A stretch of DNA of 64,000 bases from Camelus ferus (lineage: Eukaryota). Under the pieces are notes generated by a model. That model was given only the letters and a program-made list of their open reading frames with translations, searched no databases and was not told the DNA's origin. The stretch lies in assembly GCF_009834535.1 (NCBI RefSeq), contig NC_045696.1, forward strand, positions 87,670,001-87,734,000, written 5' to 3'. Of the stretch, positions 52,270 through 63,727 are shown one piece after another. Made by a program: the position numbers and the translations under genes. The first letter of the stretch is position 1. Each line of letters begins with the position of its first letter.

Positions 52270-52452
52270 AGTCTGTTTGCAGTTCTATAACAGCACTTAC
52301 TACATTTTATAATTGCCAATGTGCCTTTTCATCTCCCTCATCATCAGGTCATCCAGTGCTTAAAAGACACAGACTGTGTCTTATTCATGTCTATGACTCC
52401 CAGGCTCAGTCTTCCATTTCCCACATAATATGTGCTCAATAAATGAATGAAG
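52270..52452 (+). mobile_element. L2 3' end
   Basis: agcacttactacattttataattg...cagactgtgtcttattcatgtctatg...gtgctcaataaatgaatgaa. Confidence 0.8.
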
Positions 52453-53340
52453 AGGATGATTAGTACGGCATATGGGTAGATATCACCAGTCTTCAATCAT
52501 AAAGATATTAATTACAATTATAGAATTTTCTTGAAAAATATCCAGAAGACAAGATGTTTTGACTGACAAGACAAAATATTTAATATTGGAACTAGTTTAT
52601 ACAAAAGGATTATGCAAAATAATCAGCTTACTTTCAAGTAATGAAGATAAGACACACACCTGCAACTTTGGCCTACAGTTCCAATGCATATGAAAACATC
52701 AGCCCCACAGAACATGCTCATTGCTAGAACATCTACCAAATCAGGAAAAACAACTCTTTGGCCATTCATTCACATATTTGTTTATAACTTTCTTCATGAG
52801 TGATAACTAGTGTGTCAAATACATATAGTGTCCAAAATCTCCCAAAATGTATTTTATAGTCAACAACATGAACATCTTCAAAAAATACAGTTAAAGAGGC
52901 TACATATGTACGTAAGATGCAATGAGGTCACAATGGAGAGAATTATCAGTTTCACCTGTGACCAAAGGGGTTAGAAACTGTAGCATTAAAATAATTGTGG
53001 CAATGTTTGGAACATAAACTCCAGGACATTTTGAATGTACAAAGTATCTGTTCCATCAGAGTGACTAAGCTTCAAATATAAGTGACCAAAGTGAAAGTGA
53101 GTTCTGCCTACCAAGATGACAAAGTATCGCTAGAATCTGAAGGCAAAATAAGAAACCTACTACCAAAATCTTGCACCTGTACACCAAACTCTGAGCTTCA
53201 TGTTGTTCTCCACGGGCCTATGAACACACTTAATACTTCCCAAACAACTCTAAGAACACCATGAGTTACAAAATCTTTGAGTCAGAACTGAGGTTTGTAG
53301 TGATCAATTTTCCAGAATAGTTTATTTACTAAATACCCAT

Positions 53341-54130
53341 CAGTGGTGTGTTAGAGTCACTTGATTGTTAATATTTCAGGAATTTCATGCACTTTTGCTA
53401 AATTAAATAAAGTATAAATACACAAAACTCATCACTTCCTGATAATTGCCCCGTATTTTGTTATCCATCTATGCTCTTGAGCTTATTTCTACTATTGTAT
53501 GTGTAGGGTGGCAATACTACGTAACATTGTGCTACTTCACATCTTTTTCCAACTCCATGTTCAGTAACCACGTTGCTATGAAATTGGTCACCATGGAAGT
53601 CACAACACCATGAAAACTGCCAAATGCTACAAGTCAGGGCTCAATTTACTGTTTTGCTTATGGTCTAGACTTAAGAAAGTAATGGAGAAACATTAACAAT
53701 ATAGATTAAACTTAAAAGTCTGCAAGCTTACATTCACATTGTGAACAGCACAAACATTCAAGGAATTATCTTTGCAATATTCTAAAACTATCTATTTCAG
53801 CAAAGAAGTTGCTCAAGTCACTGAAGAACTATGAAGTTCCAGCATATATTTTCATTATTTCACTTTAGTCTTAATTGTCAATGTAAGTAAAAATATCAAC
53901 CGATATTCATGTTAAGATTATACTCATTTGGCATTTACAACCAAAGTTTAGCGACATAGAGTCCAGCAAAAAGCAATGAAAGCATTCTCAAAGAATCAAT
54001 TGCATATTAGAATTTACAACAAAGAATATGGTGAGTTTATATTTGTAAATTGTGAGCTACATACCCTTATACCTCGGAAATCTATGTATATTTATTTAAA
54101 CTTGCATATGTACATTCTGTCTATTTTCTT
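53341..54130 (+). mobile_element. MER63-like hAT-Blackjack DNA transposon relic
   Basis: Starts cagtggtgtg; gattgttaatatttcaggaattt, caaaactcatcacttcct, atctatgctcttgag, caaatgctacaagtcagggc, tctagacttaagaaagt resemble MER63; 3' TIR not evident. Confidence 0.85.
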
Positions 54131-54319
54131 AAGTTATCGAAATTCATGAGAGAATTAACTTAAGCCTAAAAATGCATGTACATAGTTATTGTACAGAGTT
54201 AGCTGAAGTGGGTGGAATTCTTCATAATTAAGTTAGTTCTATAAGGTTTATAAAACCTTACCCAGTTCCAATCTTTATCCTGTCCTTCTTTTATGTGTTC
54301 AATTTGTACTTCTTTTTTC

Positions 54320-54552
54320 TGTCGTGCTTATGACAATTGCTATTGCTTTGTATAATTTTTAGTTTAATTTATGTCTTCCTATATTCACAAACATAAACCA
54401 TCTGGAATAGGTCCGTGTCCATCTTGTTCCCTGCCAAATACACAGGGGCTGTCCAGCACAGTCCTCGTAATTGGCTATGGTGGGAGTATTTACACCATGA
54501 TTCATTGAAAATTCCCATTAGGTATTTGCCTTATAAACAAATAAGTGAATGA
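54320..54552 (+). mobile_element. L2 3' end relic
   Basis: cataaaccatctggaataggtccgtgtccatcttgttccctgcc...ccagcacagtcct...aaataagtgaatga. Confidence 0.65.
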
Positions 54553-54767
54553 CCAGAAATTGAGCCATGGATACTGACAGAAGCATTCAGAAAAAGTTTA
54601 AATTTGTCAATATTATTCTACAGAAGAACAAATAAATCACTTTTTTAGCTGATAACTCCTTCATAACATTTAAACATATAAAACTTCAAGGGAAATTTTG
54701 TTCCCTCTTTTTCTCTTCACCCCTTCATAAAGCTTTACCTGAACTGGATAAATGCTAAGGAGAAACT

Positions 54768-54830
<63 letters not shown>
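54768..54830. repeat. (GA)n microsatellite, about 30 units
   Basis: Near-perfect gagaga run. Confidence 0.98.
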
Positions 54831-54831
<1 letters not shown>

Positions 54832-56410
54832 CATTTGGAATGCAGAAAATTAAAAATGCTATGCAATTTAATTTGTAAGTCACCAATGCTGGAAAAAAAA
54901 ACAAAAAATGAGTGCTTCTCTCCATTCTCTTCTATCTAAATTTTCCCCTCTGCATATATAAATCAACAGCTTTGTTATGAGGGAAAAAAGGAAGGGGGGA
55001 TTTTTATGTTTCTTTCAGTTATAGAACAATTAAATTGTTGCTTAGAGCTATCTCCCTGATGATTTTATGTCATGGGTCTGAGGAAGTTCTGGCTTAGACA
55101 AAAGCTCAAAAACCAATGAGATTTTTGTTTCTTTCTCAAAGCATTCAATCAATCAATGCTGGGCAGTACTGAACTTAATAATTCCCTTTTCAAGTGAGGA
55201 TAAAAATTCTAAATCACTTGTGTTCTTACAAATTGACAGGCTTTTAAAAAATGTTTTAAACATTGTAACAAATGCATTTAAACTAGCAGCAAAAGAAAAA
55301 AGAAAAATATCTAATAAAAATATGAGTAGGTAGTGAAATACTGAAATGATCATGTTTATAGATAAATGTAACAAGCAGATATAATTTGATTTCTTCATTT
55401 TTTAAAAACCCTCAAATATATACCAATTAAATCCTCAATGCATTAACTTTATACTTGAATTTGAATTGCCTTTGATTTAAAAATACTAACAACAGTAAAA
55501 GGAAGAGATCTTTAAATAGATGAATAAAAACCATTATGTCAAATTAAAGTAATATGATTTTTACATCAGATTTTCAAAGGGACCCCTGGTTATTTTATCA
55601 AGAGACATGTTTTATTCTGTGTAAACTGTTCATTATTTGAAAAACAAAAGAGATGCACATAGTTTCTTTAAAGTAATGTTTTTAATAAAAATTGCCAACC
55701 ACAATCAGAGATGTCACCAAGGGAATATCATTATATCTTAAAGCATTCTTCCATAAATCAGAATGTAAGCATTAAGATGACAAAGTCCTTAAACAAGTGT
55801 AAAGTGGAAGTCACTTAATTTACCAAATTTGTAACTACTTATTGGACCTTAAGGTTGTTCTTTCCCAGACCCCATTCTGTAGGACCACAGCATTCTAATT
55901 ACTGAATTGATAAAAATGAAAATAGTGAATTCACAACCTCCTGTATGAGAGCCAACAGAGGGGAAGATTCCTTAACAGTGAAAAACCTTCTAGAAATACA
56001 TATAACTGTAATAAAAATGAGGCAAGGGAGACTTTATCCGTGAGCTATTTTGAGAGGAAAGGTAGGCTTTCCTTCTGCACTGGCTTCATACATCCATGCA
56101 AGCCTCATATCACCACTCTATTCAAAACAAACAAGCAAAAAATGAAATTTGTCTACTTTGTAATTACATGTCTGTGAGTTCTAAATTTTTTGTTTTTCCT
56201 TTCCAAAAGTTCCCTGTCACAACGTCAACTCTCTCTGGAATGACCATTATCCCAATATTCTACCCCTCATAGCCAATCATGCCTGCCATAGCTTTGTAAA
56301 CTCAGCTCCCTCCTGGAGGAACCACAGCTAAATGATCACTGTTGACCTATTTGTGATTCATGTCTTAATGCATTTTCGGTTAGCAAATTAGCATTAAGAA
56401 TCAACATTTT

Positions 56411-57180
56411 GTGCAGTTAATATGGAAAGCAGTATGGAGATTCCTCAAAACACTAAAAATTGAGTTATCTTATGATCCAGCAATCCCACTCCTGGGCATG
56501 TATCCAGAGGGAACTCTAATTTGAAAAGATACATGGACCCCAATGTTCATAGCAGCACTATTTACAATAGCCAAGACATGGAAACAACCTAAATGTCCTT
56601 CGACAGATGACTGGATAAAGAAGATGCAGGGTGTGTGTATGTGTGTATGTGTGTGTGTGCATACACACACACACACACATATATATATAATGGAATATAT
56701 ATATATATATATAAAATAGGCTACTACTCAGATATAAAAAAGAATAAAATAATGTCATTTGCAGCAACATGGATGGACTATGAGATTGTCATACTAAGTG
56801 AAGTAAGCCAGAAAGAAAAGAAAAATACCACATGATATCACTTATATGTGGAACCTAAAAATAAATGACAGAAATGAATGTATTTACAAAAAGAACAGAT
56901 GCACAGACAAAGAAAATAAATGTATGGTTACCAGGGGAAAAAGGGGTAGAGTATAGGGATAAATTGGGAGTTCAGGATTTACAGATACTAACTACTGTAT
57001 ATAAAATAGATAAAAACAAGGTCCTACTGGATAGCACACAGAACTATATTTAGTACCTTGTAATAACCTATAATGAAAAAGAATACAAAAAAGAATATAT
57101 ACATATGTACAACTGAATCATTATGCTGTACACCAGAAATTAACCCACACTGTAAATTGACTATACTTCAATAAGAAAAA
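56411..57180 (+). mobile_element. 5'-truncated L1 (camelid-like) with internal (TG)n(CA)n(TA)n tract
   Basis: tatgatccagcaatcccactcctgggc, ORF2 end YYSDIKKNKIMSFAATWMD...ILSEVSQ, 3' UTR; possible TSD aatcaacatttt (56399-56410) vs aataaatatttt (57180-57191), 10/12. Confidence 0.95.
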
Positions 57181-59284
57181 ATAAATATTTTAGTCCACAG
57201 AAGTGAGATGAGAAATGTGAGAGACAAAGGAAGCAAGAACTCACTGAGTGCCAGACTACTTTCTACTATGAACTTCTACAAACTCAATGATTGGACTACG
57301 GCCCTTGACCCAGTGAGACACTTGAAGTGAGCATTTATCACCAGATGCTCTGAGTATGAAATCTTCCACCTCACATATATGCAAAAAAGGACATGTTGCT
57401 AGGATTAAAATATGTATACAGTATGGACAGGGCTCAAGCATAAGTCACAGATGGGAAGATGGGTGACCCATAAATGATGTCTTCTTGATGTGTTAGTATG
57501 TCTCAACCCACACCTAAAAAAGAATTTCCTTTAGCTTTTTTCACCTTCGATTTGTAACTCCACATTTTGAAACAGCTACTGAATTTAAGGGTATTAGAAT
57601 TAATGAGGTTATAAGCAGTCAACACTTGGCCTTTTTGTGAAATACAAAGATGTTTATACTGTGAAAGTAATGGACTGTGGTTGAACTAGCCAGACCACCC
57701 AATTCATCTCATTAAGAAGCACACACTGGAAAGTAGACAGGAAGTGTAATTGAAAATAGAAAATAATGTGTCTGTCCCTCAAGCTACTATTACCTGCAAT
57801 ACTGTCTTTTCATGGTTCTCAACATTTTAGGATGGATAGTTTATGTTTTAAAAATAAAGCAGTAGTCTCTTTCTCAGTTTTTGCTGAATTAGCCTTATCT
57901 CATCCACACAGACACATTAAAAAAATAATGGCAAGGAAAGTGTTATTCAGTGAGCCGAGGTAAACAGAGCAGTCGATTGTTCCACCATTTTGTGGTGAGA
58001 CATAGGTGTTTAGGGAGAGATGTTAATTCTAGGAAAAGCTGACTTGGCCAAAATGAAACACAGCATTAGTAAAATACAGAAGCAAATGTGGTCAACCGCC
58101 CACTACCGCAGAGTTTTTCACACATTCTTTGACGACTTAGTTCAGTTAAATTCATGATCCATAAAGCACAGAGCAGTAAAATTCATTTCCTGTTCTTGTG
58201 TTGAATAAAAGTATTGCTAATCATGCTTGAAAAATCATTGCCTCTGTGAAGACATGGTAATTCTAGTTAGAAGACTACATAACTATACATATTTTTTCCA
58301 TTTTGATAAGCCATTGACAGAAACAGCATTTTAAATCTTCTTTTAAAATTCCTCAAAATAACTTAAAACAGGATTTTGGTCACCAGTGCCCCTACTCTGA
58401 TCAAATGCCAAAAGTCGACTCATCTACAAAATTCCTCTTTTCACTTATTTTGTTTTCTAAGAATACCATGATCCATCCATGGAACATGGGAAAATGCTAA
58501 TTTTGGATTAGTCTTAGGATGTTTAATATTCTTCTCTACAAGTTTATATAAAAGTAATTGAACTTTAAAATAAACTGTTAACATATACTACAAGGCACTT
58601 ACATGTATTATAGTAAGTAAGTCATTATAGAGTTTTATTTTTCCTAGTTCATCTCCTCCCATACATGTTTAAATTCCTGTGTGGATCATGAAAACAAATT
58701 GTAAACACACAATTGTTTATCATTAAGTATTAGGACTTCATTTTTTTAATTAAACTTTCTCAGATAGCTTTATCTTATCTTAAAAAGCTATCACTGGAGT
58801 GTGAGCAAACATACCAATATAGTAAAATGTTGGGAGACATTCCTAAATACATTTACCACCACCTATAAAATTTTGAAAATTCATTTGGGGGATAATTGAT
58901 GTGAAGACTTTAAATGGAAATGTGAGAGAAAAAAAATTTATTAAATTCTGTCCAGTTCAATGCAACTCCTCCAAAAATTAATATTTAATATTCAAATAAT
59001 TGTTTATGAATATTCATATTATTCTACACTTGATATCTAGTGTGGCTCCTAATATGTAACGGACTAAATTCAGTGGAATTTCAAGTATACAACACAACTA
59101 AAAACAAGTTACTGAACAACTCATCGCAAAGACTAGAAGGCACAGGCCAAGGGAACGTGGGCGGTCACAGATTTGCCCATAAGCACGATTCACAAAGGCA
59201 AAGGTAGGTCTTCCTGTAGGGGGAGCTGCTGAGCAAAGAGCACCATTTCTAACTCCAAGCTTTCTTTGATGGAGATAACAATGC

Positions 59285-59445
59285 AATTGGACATTACTGA
59301 GCACCAACTATTTGCTCAATGCTGATCAAAATATTTATTGACTCCATGATGCCTCCCAGCAACCCTATGCTAGGTGTTAATATGATACTTCTTTTATAAA
59401 TGAGAAAAGAGAGAGTAGATCATTCATCTCAGAGCTAGTAAAATT
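59285..59445 (-). mobile_element. MIR relic
   Basis: cattactgagcaccaactatttgctc...cctcccagcaaccctatgctaggtg...ttttataaatgagaaa. Confidence 0.7.
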
Positions 59446-60099
59446 GGTCAGTCAAGTGAAAGAGACAGGATGGAGGGAGAGGATCCCAGGTTCGTCCAGG
59501 CAGTGGATACTAATGGAATGTACATGCGTCTGAGTTTGTCTGGTGAACTGGTAGGTTGGGTCACAGATTCTATTTGCATGAGAAGTGAAAATCATCTTGG
59601 ACTATTCTTAAAGAAGTAAGGGCCCAGGTGTGACCAGCTTAAGCTAGGAGCAAAGTCTTTAGCATTAGGAGGTAAGGGAGAGACCATTCTGATCATCTCA
59701 AGTAATTTGTCATTCAGATTTATCTCCTGATCCAGCCCCAATGAACAAGGAAACCAGTAGACAGAGGTTACAGCTGCAATGAAAACTGACAAGAGTTGTT
59801 TCACTAGAAACTCTGTAAGGGACACTGCAGGAGAGGACAGTGCCCCAAAAATATGTGATGCAGTAATACAAGGAAGGAGATTTAGTCATTTAACTTTGGA
59901 AATAGCACTTCTCTAAGAACTTTAAGTCTCTGAATTTTCCAAAGTCTAAATTACCTGTGTTTTTTTTACCTACTCTATCCTGAGAAAACTCTGAAGGTGC
60001 AGTTGCTAATTTTACTCAACTAAATCCCCAATTCATTACCATCATCCAAAAGAAACATGGGAACCAATTATTTAAAAATAAAATATACAAAAAGCTATG

Positions 60100-60650
60100 A
60101 GACCATTCCTTATACACTTACCAAACAACAGAGAAACCTGATTCCTGAGTGTTTACCCTAGATAAATGAAAATTTATGTTCAGACGAAAATATGCATGAA
60201 TGCTCCAAGCAGCTGTATTAATAAACACCACACACTGGAAAAATCCACATGTCCTTCAAGGGCAAATGGAGTATACACACTGCTGTACCCATTCAGTGGA
60301 CTATTATTCAGAAATTTAAAAAGAATGAATTAGTGATATACACACAATTTAAATGACTGCCAAAGGCATTATGCTGAGTGGAAAAAAAAAAAAGCAGTCT
60401 CAAAAGGTTAGATACTATATAATTCTATTTCTCTGACATCCTTCAAATACCATTCTTATGAAGAAGAGATCAGCAGTTGTCAAGGGTTATGGGGAGGAGA
60501 GAGTGATTATAAAGGATAGCACAAGAGAGTTTTTGCATGGATAGAATAGTTCAGTACCCTGATTGCAGCGACGGTTACACAAATGTAAACATGTTTAAAT
60601 TTATAAAACTGTACATCAAAGGAAAAATGGTCAATTTTACTAAATGATAT
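60100..60650 (+). mobile_element. Old L1 (L1MD/L1ME1-like) 3' end
   Basis: gattcctgagtgtttaccctagataaatgaaaatttatgttca...aaaggcattatgctgagtggaaaa...gtctcaaaaggtta...gatcagcagttgtcaaggg. Confidence 0.88.
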
Positions 60651-60686
60651 ATTTAAAATTATAACTAAGCAAACAAAAATACTTAC

Positions 60687-60757
60687 CAATGACCTTAGCA
60701 TATAGGCTGTGTTGTCAATAAAATTATCTACTTTTAGATAAGAATTTCTTAAAAGCC
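60687..60757 (-). other. Candidate internal exon (71 nt)
   Basis: Minus strand: ttatttctctccaattctcttag|GGCTTT...TCATTG|gtaagt; splice signals only, no transcript evidence. Confidence 0.4.
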
Positions 60758-60816
60758 CTAAGAGAATTGGAGAGAAATAATTGCAAGCTGCACATTTCAG
60801 CATCAGCTCTCAGCTA

Positions 60817-61784
60817 TGAGTCAATCTCATATTAAGAACACAACAGGAAAACAGATGTAATTGCAAAAGTTCTCTTAAGAGCAAACACCTCCTGTTTTAG
60901 TTCAGCTCAGGAAATCATGTCTTGAGCTCTTCCTGCACGCTTAAGCCCTGGGTGGCACCAGAGATGCCAAACAAAAGAAAAAGTGGGAGTATTCACTTAA
61001 ATACACTAGTGTAGTGGACATTTCACTAAATGGGTCACCTCAGTTGGATTCCTGGGAAAACACATAATTCGACAGATTTAGTACCTACAGCTTTTCTGTA
61101 AATATTTCGTATTGCTTGGCTGAATATCCTGTTTTGAGTCATATCGGACTCATCTCGCATTTTCACCCTTCTCTTGCAAGGTAGTTATCTGTTTATTTGC
61201 CTTGCCCTACAAAGCTCCGAACAGCTTCGAAGCCACAGATTACACATACGGCCGATCTTCATTCTTGGCCCTGCTCTGCGCCTTTCACATTGAAGGTATT
61301 CACACAGAAGTAACTACAAAATTTAAAGAGGGTGGGAAGAGAGCTTTATTTCAGGATTTCTTTATTCCATCAAGGGCAGGCATTCTGCTTTTCATTTCTT
61401 TAACTCACGTTTTCCATATTCTAGAAGTCACATTAGAAAAGTCATAAACGGAAAAACAAGATTTACCTGTTGATAACCATAGGAAGATCCCTTTGATGAA
61501 TTTCATAACTTCTCAAAATGACTTACAAAACATTCATGTAATTACATCTCAGTAAGTACAGAGTAGGATGGGGTTTCTATTAGAAGAGTTTCAGAGAAGA
61601 CCTACTAGTCTTTTGTGTGTAAGTGCATGTGTTTGTTTGCTTTCATCTGAAATCCTTTGTTACCCTTAGGCCCCTATTTTGTGGCCAAGATTATGGTTTA
61701 ACTTACCTATTCTCTCTTTTTCCTCATCTTATTCTTCACTCTCAGCATCCTTGGTAGAAAATGTGAGTCATTCTCTGAGTCACA
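60817..61784. promoter_or_regulatory. Candidate enhancer/promoter: AP-1 cluster with a CpG-retaining patch
   Basis: TGAGTCA at 60817, 61135, 61764 and 61776; nine CpGs counted in 61070-61280. Confidence 0.35.
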
Positions 61785-61979
61785 CAAAAGGACTTTTTAA
61801 CTGAGAGATTATATATCAAGTATTCCTGAATCTCTTCATAGTTGAATCCTAAAAGACCTATTTGGTTAACACATAGAATCATTTCCTCCAACAGCACATT
61901 CTTTTCCCATCTGGGCACCATATTTGAAAGCACTTCCTTCAGTCCTGTGGCTGCCATCTTCTCACTTGCTTTACCAAGT
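61707..61979 (-). other. Candidate exon (donor strong, acceptor uncertain)
   Basis: Donor TAG|gtaagt at 61707/61706; acceptor after the poly-T tract (gaag|ACTTGG), or internal gtcttttag|GATTC at 61848. Confidence 0.3.
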
Positions 61980-61983
61980 CTTC

Positions 61984-62006
61984 AAAAAAAAAAAAAAAAA
62001 AAAAAA
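61984..62006. repeat. Poly(A) tract
   Basis: About 23 consecutive A. Confidence 0.95.
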
Positions 62007-63182
62007 GGGCAATGAACGAGAAGGCATCAGGGCCCTAGAATCCTTTCTCTTTTGGACAGAGGGGTAGGACTGTCAGCTTTACTGAGAGTACTCTCAGAAA
62101 AGTCCAGAGAGGAGAAGAAAAACTAATGGAGTCCAAAATCCTTCATGATTTCACAGTTACTAACCATGTTCTGTTTTATATTAAAGTCAATGGTAGTAGT
62201 TATTATGCAACTCTCTCTGTCTCAGCTGAGAAAGTAACTTGGCCACAAATCTCTTTTAATTTTCTGTAGGGACTAAAACTAAGCATAAATGTGATTTTTA
62301 ACTGAAACTGGTCTCCTGTGCTAGTGAATCACTCTTTAAATGAGGGCATATTTGTTTTATCACGATCTTAACCCCCTAAGAATTTAAGAGGGCATCCTTC
62401 AGGCTAGAGAAGCTTGGCTTCCTGTCGTTCCATTAATTCATGTCCCTCATCTGGGCATTAACATGAAAAAAAAAAGATCCACCAGTCAATGTCATGATAT
62501 CCCTGGCACTAACGCCTCAGTGGAGTGTAAACGGAAGGTAACTACTTATCCATTAGCAAAAGTGGATTGATTAAACACATCAGAGGGTGATGGATGGGAT
62601 ACCACACTAGGCAGGCAGTGCTTATAAATGGTTTTGAACTAGAGTGTCTGAAAAATATTCTTCCGTGTTCACCCTACCTGGCTTCAAGGTTTGAATTCAT
62701 CACTCTTTATCTCTAGCAAAATAAAAGTGAGTTTGCCACAGCATAGATAGTAATTTGATAGAAAGAAATGTCCAGATCACAAAAGGTTTGAAAACAAAAT
62801 CATCCAGACCCCACCTGGGTCTCAAGAACCTTGGCCATGAAAGCAGGAGAGTCATGGGATGGGAGGTAGATGAGGTGTGCTTGCTTCTCCACTCACTGCT
62901 AGAGCTGCCTACTCTGGCCATGCTTTAGAGAGAGCTCTCAATTTTCCATCGCAAGATCTTGCCATTTGAGCTGTGTGCAAACAAAGCCTCTGCTTTCAAA
63001 GGTGTATCTCTCAGATGCAGGTACTAACTGACATACTTCCTAAGTTCACAAAAGCCACACAGTTGCAAATATAGATTTTTTTTTTCCCTCACCAAAGAGC
63101 AAGGAGGAGGTGATGAGCATCCTTTGTTAGTTACTTCAGTATTGTCTGAGATTCCTTTCACACAGCTTTATCCAGTTCTAAT

Positions 63183-63727
63183 TGTATTACCCATGTTTTT
63201 CATTTTCTGGACTCTGATGCTTCGACATCTTGGGGCCTTGCTGATCCTAGAGAGACTGCCTCTCCTGGGGTTAGCTAATTTCTAGATAGTAAACAACTCG
63301 CTTGTGACCCTAGCTTTTATATTCAAGCCAGTCAATCTAGGGCCCATACCCTAAGCACCTCCTTTATCAGGGTCTCTCCCTCCTGGATATTATTCACTTG
63401 CTTTAATCAATCAAGAGTCAAGAATCAGACAAGCCGTTTCTATGCCCCCAGGGCTACTGAAATTATTCAAACTAGTCAGTCGAAACCGGCTTACCTTACC
63501 TTGCTGTTTCCTTCTGAGGAAACTACAACAAAGGCTCCTACCCCAAATTTCCCTCCCTCCCTGTATCTCCTGACCCATCTTAGTCCTTTCCTGTGTGGTT
63601 CCCTTATGTGGCTACTATGACTCCTGTTTCTAGGGAACCATCTGAGTATAAGAACCTTCTCATTTCATTATCGTCATTTCCACGTCTGAGTGTCTTACCA
63701 AACCTGAATACAAGTACTCTTAAAAGA
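63183..63727 (+). mobile_element. Solo ERVL LTR, MER74-like
   Basis: tgtattacccatgtttttcattttctg...gacatcttggggccttgctgatcctagagagactgcc...agtaaacaactcgc...ctgaaattattcaaactag resembles MER74 as recalled. Confidence 0.88.

Noticed and set aside
54242..54260. Short inverted repeats (taaggttt/aaacctta here; gatagcttt/aaagctatc at 58763-58792)
   Set aside because: Arms of 8-9 bp are expected by chance in 64 kb of AT-rich DNA
61091..61180. 90-nt + strand open exon candidate (FSVNISYCLAEYPVLSHIG...)
   Set aside because: Acceptor lacks a pyrimidine tract, donor gtagtt is weak, peptide unrecognised
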